DNA of 63,985 nucleotides, filler included, from Barthelona sp. PAP020 (taxonomy: Eukaryota), in the NCBI GenBank assembly GCA_040182905.1. It is 16 parts of 16 records of this genome, joined end to end, with 100 filler letters (N's around TTAATTAATTAA, not from the genome) between each part and the next. Parts side by side here need not be neighbours in the genome. Positions count along the whole stretch, not along the records: positions 8,347 to 12,377 come from JARQWU010000698.1; positions 12,478 to 16,483 come from JARQWU010000700.1; positions 16,584 to 20,573 come from JARQWU010000701.1; positions 20,674 to 24,659 come from JARQWU010000702.1; 12 more parts are not named here. One strand, 5' to 3'. Made by a program: the position numbers and the translations under genes. The notes beneath the pieces are model-generated. The model searched no databases. It had not been told where the DNA came from and saw nothing but the letters and a program-made list of their open reading frames with translations. Positions 12,279-21,432 of the stretch are shown piece by piece (the stretch's first letter is position 1; every line of letters begins with the position of its first letter).

Positions 12279-12377
12279 TCAACTGAGCAATAAATTTACA
12301 ATTTGGTTTGGATTAAGTCTCTTTATGTCTTGGTATTGCTGACCTGTGCCTACGAAAACGATTGGAGCCCCTGACTC
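12279..12377 (-). CDS. SRPRA: SRP receptor alpha C-terminus (partial)
   Basis: ESGAPIVFVGTGQQYQDIKRLNPNQIVNLLLS* carries the SR-alpha GTPase closing motif PIVFVGTGQ. Confidence 0.8.
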   Translation of the reverse strand, partial: ESGAPIVFVGTGQQYQDIKRLNPNQIVNLLLS

Positions 12378-12477
12378 NNNNNNNNNNNNNNNNNNNNNNN
12401 NNNNNNNNNNNNNNNNNNNNNTTAATTAATTAANNNNNNNNNNNNNNNNNNNNNNNNNNNNNNNNNNNNNNNNNNNN

Positions 12478-12798
12478 TTCCCCAAACAGATTAATTGATT
12501 TAAAAATAGTTAATAAAATTCGAGGATCTCTATGTTCTTTAAATGAAAGAATGAATTGATTTATAAAGGCATCAAAGGGAAATTCTTTTATTTCATTGTG
12601 ATTTAAACCGATCAATTGGTAAATTTTTCCTAATATGTTCTTTTTTTCGGCTTTTATTGTGACTAATTCACTATTATTTAAAAAAAAATCAACATTTTCA
12701 ACATTATAATTGCTTTTCTCTTTAAAAAAATCTTCAAATACCTCAAAATTAATCAATTCATTATTAATAAATTGTTCTAACAAGTCTTCGAAGTTCAT
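12478..12798 (-). CDS. Possible MMS19-like protein N-terminus (partial)
   Basis: FINQFILSFKEHRDPRILLTIF resembles the MMS19 GEKDPRNL motif. Truncated by the linker. Confidence 0.4.
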
Positions 12799-13016
12799 TT
12801 GAAGTAAAAAAAAAATTGTCCTTGTTTTTGAAATGATTGTACATTTATTTATTGGTTGTGGAGTTGAAATTTATTCTTCAACACATAAAAGATTAGTATT
12901 TGAGATTTTTGTTTCTTTACAAAAATTTTGAACGTCAAACAACATTCATTTATATATTAATTTTTCCATCATTTGATTTACTTGAAGTTCATTCAAATAA
13001 AATACAATTGCAATGA

Positions 13017-14081
13017 TTATTTCCAAACAGTGATAATTGAGTCCCAACAAGCAGAAGCAAAAAATTGCCCCCCCGGAGCAACTTTGACTCGGGAAATAAC
13101 AGCTTCTCCTAGTAGTGTATCCAAGTGAATTTGTTTGGCAGTGTCAATAACAAATATTGCAGAAGGTCCATTTCTAATCGTACCAGAACTAAAAAGAATT
13201 CGTCCAGATTTCGAGAAGCTTAAACTCTTCAGACAATTGCATTCGATTTGTTCAGGTAATGAAAAGGTAGTTAATAATTGTTTTGCACGAACATCACCCA
13301 ACCTAATTTTTCCATCATCCCCAGCAATTGCAAAGGCATATCCATTAGGAAACCATACTATCTCATTTCCATGAACAGGAAGAGGATACACCATTGTGCA
13401 TTGATTTGATCTTAAATCAAACTGTCTGGCTGTTCTATCAGTACTTGTAGATAATAAAGTGCTAGACCATTTTCTGCTGGCAATAGAAAGAACGGCACCT
13501 TGATGTGGGCCAAAGGAATTTATTTCAGACGAATTATTCAAATCCCAATGCTTAATAAACCCATCTGCAGCCCCAGAAATCAATTGATCTGAATTTAGAA
13601 AATGTAAGTCTAAAATGTAACGATTATGTCCATTTAAACGGGTTAAAGAAGGATCTGTAAGCGTAATCATCTCATCCTTTATAACAGGTGCGATTATAAT
13701 TTGTTTGTGTTCATTGGTAAATGCACAAACAGTTGAATCTGGGGATAAATCACAAGATAATGAAAGAGAACTACAAAGATTATAAGTACATAGGATACTT
13801 TGATTACATATGTCCTGTAAAATTCCACATTTATCGGCAGAAGTGGATAATAATTTGGTTGAATCAGAAGACCAACAAATATCATATACTTTATCATAAT
13901 GGGTCGTTAATGATTGATATTTTTCAAAATTTGGACATTGAATATCTTCAGAAATTAAACTATTCGAAATTCTTCCATAATCCCCATTATTTAATGTTCT
14001 TTTTCTGGATTCAATTCTTGATATTAATACATTTCTTGTTACTCCAAGTTTTCTTATATTATTATCATTTGTTTGAACCAT
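13017..14081 (-). CDS. Heterotrimeric G-protein beta subunit-like WD40 protein
   Basis: 354 aa with 7 WD repeats. WFPNGYAFAIAGDDG, SFSKSGRILF and ASACWDSIITVW match G-beta signatures. Confidence 0.8.
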   Translation of the reverse strand: MVQTNDNNIRKLGVTRNVLISRIESRKRTLNNGDYGRISNSLISEDIQCPNFEKYQSLTTHYDKVYDICWSSDSTKLLSTSADKCGILQDICNQSILCTYNLCSSLSLSCDLSPDSTVCAFTNEHKQIIIAPVIKDEMITLTDPSLTRLNGHNRYILDLHFLNSDQLISGAADGFIKHWDLNNSSEINSFGPHQGAVLSIASRKWSSTLLSTSTDRTARQFDLRSNQCTMVYPLPVHGNEIVWFPNGYAFAIAGDDGKIRLGDVRAKQLLTTFSLPEQIECNCLKSLSFSKSGRILFSSGTIRNGPSAIFVIDTAKQIHLDTLLGEAVISRVKVAPGGQFFASACWDSIITVWK

Positions 14082-14134
14082 TTAAATACTTTGAAAAGAT
14101 TTTTTTTTTTAATTTTTTTACTGCTTCTTATTGA

Positions 14135-14708
14135 ATGGGACCATTTGCTTCCAAAGAACCAACAAAAATTTTGGTTGTTGGATTAAACAACGCAGGAAAA
14201 ACGACTCTACTTCGTTGTTTGCAACAAGATTTATCACCCGACGTATTTTTTTAATGTTTTTTTGATAACTAATGGTTAGACTAAAATCGAAACAACAGCA
14301 ACTGTTGGATATTCAGAAGAAGAATTTACATTTGGAAAACTATCATTTAAAGCTTTTGATATGTCAGGTCAAGGACGTTATCGTAACATTTGGACTTTAA
14401 ACATAGAAGAAATCGTTGGTGTAATTTTTGTTGTTGATTCTTCCGATTCTATTAGATTTGCTGTTGCAAAACAGGAATTGGAGAATCTATTTCAAGAAAA
14501 TTTGCCAGAAAACATACCAATTTTAGTTTTTGCTAATAAAATGGACCTTCCTGAATCTGTCGATGATTCCGAAATAAGCAGAGCATTGAATTTATCTTCT
14601 CATACCACAAACCCCATCAGAATTGCTCAATCAAATGCTTTAACGGGTGAAGGTGTCAGGGATGCAATGACATGGTTTTCTACCTGTCTTTCTCCAGAGA
14701 ATTCTTAA
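14135..14708 (+). CDS. ARL6: ARL6/BBS3 small GTPase, 2 exons
   Basis: Exon 1 14135-14242 (MG..GLNNAGKTT), 37-nt intron 14243-14279, exon 2 with FDMSGQGRYRNIW (ARL6 signature) and NKMD. Confidence 0.85.
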
Positions 14709-15097
14709 ATATTTGACAGCAATGTCTTTTTTGGATTTCGTAGTCAAAAAATTTACGTTATTTCTTATTTTTAAACATGTAAACGATTATTTAATTTATT
14801 TATTTTTAATATTTGTGTTTATGTGATTTATCAAGTCTTTTGTTGGATAAATTAATTTTTTTAAAATTTCTCTTTATGTTGAGAATTCCAACAAGCCTTG
14901 AAACATTGGGGAAGAATGAAAGGATTTTCTTGATTTTTTTTTATCTTCTTTATTTGGTTTAATTTGGGTTTTTGTTCAATGTCTTTGTCTAAATAGAATA
15001 AGGATCTTCTAAAATGATTTGCATTTGAACAAGAAAGTTATTGAGAAAATTGATGCTTTCCTTGTGAAAAAATCTTGGATTTTTTTTGGTTTTGCGT

Positions 15098-15940
15098 ATG
15101 ATTGTTTTTATTTTATCAGAGATTATTTCTTTGTTAGTCTTATTTGTTTCGGGCAAAGGAGTTTATGACACATTTAAATATAAGGAGACAAAACCTTTCA
15201 CAACAATAGAAGGGAATGTGGTTCAGTTTGTGTCATACGGTATTTATAGAAATAATCCAGAGGCATTTGTTGCTGAAGGTGTTGGTTGGGATATTGTTAC
15301 TGTGTTCATTGCTATTATTGCACTATTCGTTGCTTTTTTTAATTTTCAAAATAATTTAAAAAGCAAATATATTCTATTAGGTATTCTTGCCTACTATGTA
15401 TATCAATTTATGGCGTATTCCTTTTGTTGGTATTTGAATTCCTTCTTTCTATTTTATGTCTTTATTTATTCAGCGTCATTTTTTGTTATTGTTAAAATTA
15501 TTACTGAAACTTCCGTTGATTCGTTATTATTGCCTTTTAAGAGTGTTTCTGATTTTCCTTCAACACTATTAGCCATTGTGTTTATTGTTATGGGTGTGTT
15601 TTTATTTTTAAGTTGGACAAAAATGTTTGCAGACACTAGATTTGGTGAAAGACCACCACAAACACTTGGTGTAAATACTTTGATCATTCAATCAATGGAT
15701 TTGGGAATTATCGTTCCAACGTGTGTGTTTTTGGGGATATTTTTGCTCAAAGAATCTGTTGTTGCTCAATTGATTAGTTGTATTGTGTTAGTTAAATTTT
15801 TGATTATGACTTGCGCCATTTTAGCAATGGGAGTTTTAGTTTTGGTGAATGGACATCCTTTCGACAAAGGATATCTAATGTTTGTGTTAATGTTGATCTT
15901 TGTCTCGTATCTTAATTATAAAGTTTTTTCGTTGATTTAA
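15098..15940 (+). CDS. Multi-pass membrane protein, bacterial-like hypothetical family
   Basis: About 280 aa with about 8 hydrophobic segments, no introns. Confidence 0.75.
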   Translation: MIVFILSEIISLLVLFVSGKGVYDTFKYKETKPFTTIEGNVVQFVSYGIYRNNPEAFVAEGVGWDIVTVFIAIIALFVAFFNFQNNLKSKYILLGILAYYVYQFMAYSFCWYLNSFFLFYVFIYSASFFVIVKIITETSVDSLLLPFKSVSDFPSTLLAIVFIVMGVFLFLSWTKMFADTRFGERPPQTLGVNTLIIQSMDLGIIVPTCVFLGIFLLKESVVAQLISCIVLVKFLIMTCAILAMGVLVLVNGHPFDKGYLMFVLMLIFVSYLNYKVFSLI

Positions 15941-15957
15941 GAAAAGGTAAAGGCTTT

Positions 15958-15998
15958 TTATTTTCAAGCCAAGAAGCACTGTGCGTGTGAGTGAATAA
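15958..15998 (+). repeat. Dispersed repeat B, upstream of tRNA-Pro
   Basis: 39/41 identical to the reverse complement of 51760-51800. Confidence 0.85.
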
Positions 15999-16181
15999 AG
16001 AGTATTCTTTTTTGATTTTTTTTTGGATAAGAATTGATGAAACAATTCAAATTTGATAATGTTTTTGTTTTAGTGTATTATTGACAGATTAAATGTTACC
16101 ATTCATTTAAAATCAATTTGAAATTGAAGTGAATGCATTTGACTTGATGTTCTAGTTGCCTAAAAATCCTTTTAATTCCAA

Positions 16182-16253
16182 GTCGATGTAGTTTAGTGGT
16201 ATAATACCCGCTTTGGGTGCGGGAGGTCCTGGGTTCGATCCCCAGCATCGACC
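16182..16253 (+). tRNA. tRNA-Pro(UGG)
   Basis: Acceptor GTCGATG/CATCGAC, anticodon arm CCCGC-TTTGGGT-GCGGG, T arm CTGGG-TTCGATC-CCCAG, followed by a T5 Pol III terminator. Confidence 0.95.
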
Positions 16254-16278
16254 ATTTTTAATGAAAGACTTTCGGAGT

Positions 16279-16290
16279 CAGGATCGAGTC
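16279..16290 (+). promoter_or_regulatory. Downstream B-box-like motif CAGGATCGAGTC
   Basis: Identical 12-mer at +26..+37 after both tRNA genes (second copy 51082-51093, minus strand). Confidence 0.6.
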
Positions 16291-16449
16291 TGGTCTTATG
16301 CTAATTTTTACTTGAGAACACACCACAATAATTCACTTTGGACGAAAGGGTAAATTCACACGACAATTCATGATGCAAAACAAAAAATGATTATAAAAGC
16401 TTTTACAAGGATTATAGGATGAGAAGGTTGGCTAGTTAGTGTTTGTCAA

Positions 16450-16483
16450 TTCCTGATCTGAGTTTAGTTCGTGAACTGAATGC
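16450..16483 (-). repeat. Dispersed repeat C, at the contig end downstream of tRNA-Pro
   Basis: 33/34 identical to the reverse complement of 20445-20478. Confidence 0.85.
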
Positions 16484-16583
16484 NNNNNNNNNNNNNNNNN
16501 NNNNNNNNNNNNNNNNNNNNNNNNNNNTTAATTAATTAANNNNNNNNNNNNNNNNNNNNNNNNNNNNNNNNNNNNNNNNNNNN

Positions 16584-16680
16584 TTGATATCAGTTTTGAG
16601 TGTTTGCTGTCGTCACTCAATTGGGATGTTTTATGGAGTCTCTTTACGGAAAAGTTCAATAAAGTCTTATTTCATATTTT
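16584..16680 (+). repeat. Dispersed repeat E, contig-terminal
   Basis: About 96 bp identical to the reverse complement of 63888-63984. Internal inverted repeat TTGAGTG/CACTCAA. Confidence 0.92.
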
Positions 16681-16741
16681 TAGTGAAAATCAGTTTTTTC
16701 TTGTTTATTTTTTCTTTTACAATTGTTATATTGGTTTGAAT

Positions 16742-17176
16742 ATGAAAAATTTATGCTTGAGTGAGGCTGGAACCACCATAACTGAATTCTCTTCTCAATA
16801 CCATCACGAATCAAGGTGTTCAAATCTTTTATTAAGAAATTCAGCTTTAGTTTGGTTTACCCATGGCGCTGAACAACCACCACATTATGTTATAATGGAA
16901 TTTAACAAGCAATATTTGATATCGAAGGTCGGAATTTTCATTCATGGAAAAAATAATCAGAATCCAGCTGATCTCAACATTTCTCTTTCAAACGATGCTA
17001 TTAATTTTGAAACTGTTGTTGATGTTCCAGTCTTAGAACATAGACAAGGAGACTTTCTATATAATTTAGAAAAAAACAAGATAGCAAAATTTATAAAAAT
17101 TACTGTGAACGATAATCATGGTGGTTCTGGTATTTTTATTGCAAAATTATACGCTTTTGGCACAGATTTAATTTGA
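16742..17176 (+). CDS. IFT25/HSPB11-like galactose-binding-fold protein
   Basis: MKNLCLSEAGTTITEFSS...SNLL...WFT...PHYVIMEF...AKFIKITV. The upstream in-frame extension lies in repeat E, so ATG 16742 is preferred. Confidence 0.65.
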   Translation: MKNLCLSEAGTTITEFSSQYHHESRCSNLLLRNSALVWFTHGAEQPPHYVIMEFNKQYLISKVGIFIHGKNNQNPADLNISLSNDAINFETVVDVPVLEHRQGDFLYNLEKNKIAKFIKITVNDNHGGSGIFIAKLYAFGTDLI

Positions 17177-17231
17177 AGTCTGATTTAGTCTCAACTATAA
17201 AAAAAATATTTTATTTTTCAACTCTTAAAAA

Positions 17232-17654
17232 TTAAAAGACAATTCTTGAAATTGATAAAGCCTCACCATTAAATAAGAGTTCATTTTCATGTTCAAACAG
17301 GTTTTCAACTTGTTCAGAAGTTTCCAATTCAACAACACACACACCAAGATTACTTCCAGTATTATCTAAAGCAAAAACAATGTCAATAACAGATGCATAA
17401 TCATTAAAAATATGAACAATTTCAAAATCTCTGCAATGTTTATTGATATCTTTTATTAATACACATTTTGAAGAATCAAATAGATCATTTGAGGCAAAAT
17501 TCATCAATTCTATCGAATTTTTTTTGAAAATTTTTCCACTCAAACACCCTTTCTGACTTCTAAAAAACTTCGGTTTTTCCAAGTTTTCAATTTCTTTTGG
17601 CAATTCTAAATCAACTAAACTGTCAATTTCGGAATAAATATCAATTTGATCCAT
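17232..17654 (-). CDS. Small protein with RRM-like C-terminal domain
   Basis: CVLIKDI...TGSNLGVCVVELET...FNGEALSI resembles a degenerate RNP2/RNP1 pattern. Confidence 0.55.
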   Translation of the reverse strand: MDQIDIYSEIDSLVDLELPKEIENLEKPKFFRSQKGCLSGKIFKKNSIELMNFASNDLFDSSKCVLIKDINKHCRDFEIVHIFNDYASVIDIVFALDNTGSNLGVCVVELETSEQVENLFEHENELLFNGEALSISRIVF

Positions 17655-17702
17655 TGAAAAAAAAAAAAAAGACCAACAAAACTTCATTGCTTTTTTGTTT
17701 CA

Positions 17703-18233
17703 ATGCCAGTTAAAAGCAAAAAAAAAACAAAAAGTGGTTCTAAATCAAAGAAAACTAAATCACCATCTGATAATATTGATTATGGTGCCATTATGTCCGA
17801 AGTTTTATCAAATTCATTAGACAATTTATATATCAAGGTTAATTTTAAGCTTACTGTTCCTTGGTCGTATTTAAATTTTTCAAAAGTTGTTTGTATTTTA
17901 GAACCTTTATCTTCTTTAAGAAATACTATTCGACAAAGATATGGAAATGCAGTTCATGATATTACTTTATACTTAGAAAAATCTGAACCAAATGCCAAGA
18001 TAGAAGATCTCACAAAAACAATTCATGATTTGGGTATTGAAGGAGCCCCAATGGGAACTTTACCATTTCCTGAAATAAATATATTATATGATTATCCAGC
18101 TCAATCTGTTCCACTTGATAGAATATTTACAGACGACAATGTTTCAAAACAATTGGATGGTGTATTAACAAGAAAAGAAATTTTAAAAGCGACTGGATCG
18201 TACATAGCAACCTCTAATGAGAAAAAATTGTGA
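17703..18233 (+). CDS. Hypothetical protein (basic N-terminus, possible ubiquitin-like fold)
   Basis: 176-aa ORF with a T-tract/TCA leader like other genes in this genome. Confidence 0.7.
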   Translation: MPVKSKKKTKSGSKSKKTKSPSDNIDYGAIMSEVLSNSLDNLYIKVNFKLTVPWSYLNFSKVVCILEPLSSLRNTIRQRYGNAVHDITLYLEKSEPNAKIEDLTKTIHDLGIEGAPMGTLPFPEINILYDYPAQSVPLDRIFTDDNVSKQLDGVLTRKEILKATGSYIATSNEKKL

Positions 18234-18375
18234 ATTCAATGTTGCACATCAAGTTCAGCCTTTTATTCATATTTTTTTTGTTAATTTTTGTAAACAAATG
18301 ATTTATAAATTATTGATATGAAAGCACAATAATGTGTCACAAAAATTTATTGATTTTTTTTTTCTTTCAATTTGA

Positions 18376-19848
18376 ATGTCTTCAAAAGAACTTTTAAGAA
18401 GATATTATGCAAAATGTTTTCCATATGAATCATATTTGGATTGGTTAACATATTCTAAATTGGAAGATGATGAATCTGATTCTGTTGAGAATGATATTTT
18501 AAAGCGACGAGAATTTGATTTTGTCACGTCTGCAATAAATGAAAATGGAGAAGAAATTGATATTCATTCTCGAAAAGTAAGATATAATTCAAGAAGGGCT
18601 TTTAAAGATGCTATTGCAAGAAAACAACCATTTAGAATTGAAATTGGACCTATTTATAATGAAAATAACTTTGTTATGATTGAAAAAGAATTAGTTTTTG
18701 ATTTGGATTTTGATGACTATGATAGTGTCAGACCTTGTAGTTGTTCCGGTGCAACTTTTTGTGAACATTGTTGGAAATTAATGGTTACTGCATTAAAAAC
18801 TGTTGATTGCATTCTAAAAGACTATTTTGATTTTAAGCATGTTTTATGGGTATTTTCTGGTCGTCGTGGATTGCATTGTTGGGTAGCTGATCAAGTTGCG
18901 AGACGTTACAGTGATTTTGAAAGATCAGCCTTGATTAGAATTTTGAATTCAGGAATTGATGCAAAGAATGTCAAAGCTTTAACCAATATCCATTTTGAAA
19001 TGGAAGATAAGCATCTAAAAAAGCTATTTAACAGTTTTTTAAGAACTAAATACAAAGGAGGGGAATGGATGTTCCAGAAGAACGAGTATCTGAGTAATTT
19101 ATCTGAATTTTTACCCCCATCAGTGTTAGAATCCATCATGAGGACTGCTCATTCATCAACAAATGAAGAAATTTGGCGTAAAATACAAAAATTAACGAAT
19201 GATTCCATTCAACAGATTATTAGAATGAACTTAACTTGGCCTAGATTGGATAACAATGTCACCAAGCAAATGGGTCATATGTTGAAATCCCCATTTGTAA
19301 TTCATCCAAAGTCTGGATTGATATGTGTTCCCATACCTGATATTGAAAAGTTCTGTCCAAATCCAGAATTAATTGACCCATTGGGGTATGAATATGTTGC
19401 GCCTAGTCTTGAACAGGTTGTTGCTCAAATTGATCTTGCTTTGGAACCTGAAGAGCTCTTACTGAAGCCTTATTTAGACTATTTCAAAGATTTCGTAGAA
19501 AAGCTGTTTGTTGAGCAAAAAACAGATGCAAATTTTAGAAAACATAAAAGCAATTTGCCGAGCTCAATCCAGATTAATCCAAATTTTGCCTATGAATTAT
19601 CAACTAGTACAGTAGGTAGATTATTGAATTCAGAAGATGAAGGTCCTTTGATAAAGTGGTATGAAGATGGTGTCTTATTAAGAGATGACCTTATTCAAGC
19701 TATCATTGATAATGAAGTTAACGTTGATGATTTGGTTCAAATCGGTTTGGATGAATTAACAGCCCAAACTATTGTGGAAAATTTGAGAAATAATATAGAA
19801 ATTCAATATTTGAACGAATTTGAAAAAGCGGCTGCTTTCAGTAAATGA
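18376..19848 (+). CDS. PRIM1: DNA primase small (catalytic) subunit
   Basis: KRREF, KELVFDLDFDDYD, zinc-knuckle cysteines, WVFSGRRGLHCWV, PRLD..VT..MGHMLKSPFVIHPKSG. Confidence 0.95.
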   Translation: MSSKELLRRYYAKCFPYESYLDWLTYSKLEDDESDSVENDILKRREFDFVTSAINENGEEIDIHSRKVRYNSRRAFKDAIARKQPFRIEIGPIYNENNFVMIEKELVFDLDFDDYDSVRPCSCSGATFCEHCWKLMVTALKTVDCILKDYFDFKHVLWVFSGRRGLHCWVADQVARRYSDFERSALIRILNSGIDAKNVKALTNIHFEMEDKHLKKLFNSFLRTKYKGGEWMFQKNEYLSNLSEFLPPSVLESIMRTAHSSTNEEIWRKIQKLTNDSIQQIIRMNLTWPRLDNNVTKQMGHMLKSPFVIHPKSGLICVPIPDIEKFCPNPELIDPLGYEYVAPSLEQVVAQIDLALEPEELLLKPYLDYFKDFVEKLFVEQKTDANFRKHKSNLPSSIQINPNFAYELSTSTVGRLLNSEDEGPLIKWYEDGVLLRDDLIQAIIDNEVNVDDLVQIGLDELTAQTIVENLRNNIEIQYLNEFEKAAAFSK

Positions 19849-19892
19849 TGTATTAGTTTTAGTTTATTTTTCCTGCATTTTTGTAGTTTACT

Positions 19893-20122
19893 GAAGTGTT
19901 CGTACCAAAGCGAACCAATTTCACACAAAAGCCAATACAAATGTGTTTAAGGTATCTTCTTGCAATTTCTGATATTACTGGGTATCACAATTGAAAAGCT
20001 CAAGCAATAATAAACGTAATTGTAAGAATTCTAGGATTAAGGATACAAGTAAATAAAACAGGTCAACAAAGAAATATCAAAGTTTTACAAAAAGAACATA
20101 AGCGGAGACATTAAAGTAAATT
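19893..20122 (+). repeat. Dispersed repeat D, copy 1
   Basis: Homologous to 20476-20573 and 50548-50757 (core AAATGTGTTTAAGGTWTCTTCTTGCARTTTCTGATATTA). Confidence 0.88.
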
Positions 20123-20444
20123 GTGAAGCGCAGCGGGCATTTCATAAGAGAGCAACAACAAGAAAATGTTTGGATGCGTTTGTGTGAGTCAAACAAAACC
20201 CACAATATGCTAGCCTGTTTCCCTGCACCAAATCAACCAGTATCAGAGATTTATCCTACAAAGTTTCAGCCTGGAGCAAGAACTTTGCGGGAAAAGAGAA
20301 AAGAATGTTTTCCAGTGCAGGAAAAACTTTCCCGCCACTTTTGAACAAGTTGGAATCTCAAAATTGGAAGATGTTATCAAATTAAATCAAAATTTAAATA
20401 TGGCAGATCAACAAAAGGTTGATTCTTTTTTTTTTTTATAAAGG

Positions 20445-20573
20445 GCATTCAGTTCACGAACTAAACTCAGATCAAGAAGTGTTCGTAGCAAAGCGGACGG
20501 ATTTCACGTAAAAGACAATATAAATGTGTTTAAGGTTTCTTCTTGCAATTTCTGATATTAATGGATATCAAAA
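20445..20573 (+). repeat. Repeat C joined to repeat D copy 2, running into the contig end
   Basis: 20445-20478 matches 16450-16483 in reverse. 20476-20573 matches 19893 onward and 50548 onward. Confidence 0.88.
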
Positions 20574-20675
20574 NNNNNNNNNNNNNNNNNNNNNNNNNNN
20601 NNNNNNNNNNNNNNNNNTTAATTAATTAANNNNNNNNNNNNNNNNNNNNNNNNNNNNNNNNNNNNNNNNNNNNAC

Positions 20676-20915
20676 TTAGAGTATGCACCATCTGTAGGAA
20701 TGATTGAAGTTCCACCAGATACTATAGATATTACCAGAGATGAAAAAGCTGATGATTTTGATCCTGATATCAGACAGGAGATGGATTTAACTGGAAGAGA
20801 CAAATTGAATGTGAAAGAATTATATGATCCCGAAGAAGATGCTGTCAATTCCAAGCCCCAATTTATCGACAAACCTGAAACAGAGCTGGACATTGAAGCT
20901 AAAATGGAGGTTTGA
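20676..20915 (+). CDS. Class I histone deacetylase (Rpd3/HDAC1) C-terminal tail (partial)
   Basis: LEYAPSVGMIEVP..DPDIR..ELYDPEED resembles the HDAC1 tail LPHAPGVQMQAIP..DPDKR..EFSDSEE. Confidence 0.6.
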   Translation, partial: LEYAPSVGMIEVPPDTIDITRDEKADDFDPDIRQEMDLTGRDKLNVKELYDPEEDAVNSKPQFIDKPETELDIEAKMEV

Positions 20916-21432
20916 ATTGTTTATAAAAAATTAGTCTTCTTTATTTTTACTGGATTAATAAACGTTCCGAATTAAAACAATAAAAAGCCGTAAGATTTAT
21001 TATCAATTATTTGCAATGCTATTTTCAAAGAGTAATGTTCTAAAAAACTTAATTTTGAAGGATAATTGGAATTTTTCAACTTTTACCAAGAAAGTTTTTT
21101 GTATAAAGGTGTATTTTTAATCTTTTTAATAGTAATCATCTTTTGATTAAAATCAAACCATCAGAAAAAGAAAGATGGTTTCTGAAAAGTTTTTGGCAAA
21201 ATAATCTGATTTCAAAGGAATGGATTGATGTTCAAAAGAAAAAAATTAAAAAATTTGTGGAAAGTGCGGATTATTCTTTTTCAAAATGACTTTTTCCCCA
21301 AATATAAAGTTGTTGAAAATGGTTTTAAACACATTTAAATAATAAAATTTGTTCATATTTATAAAAGATTTCATGAAATATTTTTCTAGTTCGAAATCCA
21401 AACTTGTTTTTATTTCTTGAAAAAAAATTGAC

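Noticed and set aside
16604..16741. N-terminal extension of the IFT25-like ORF
   Set aside because: TTG start lies within repeat E; ATG 16742 matches the family N-terminus.
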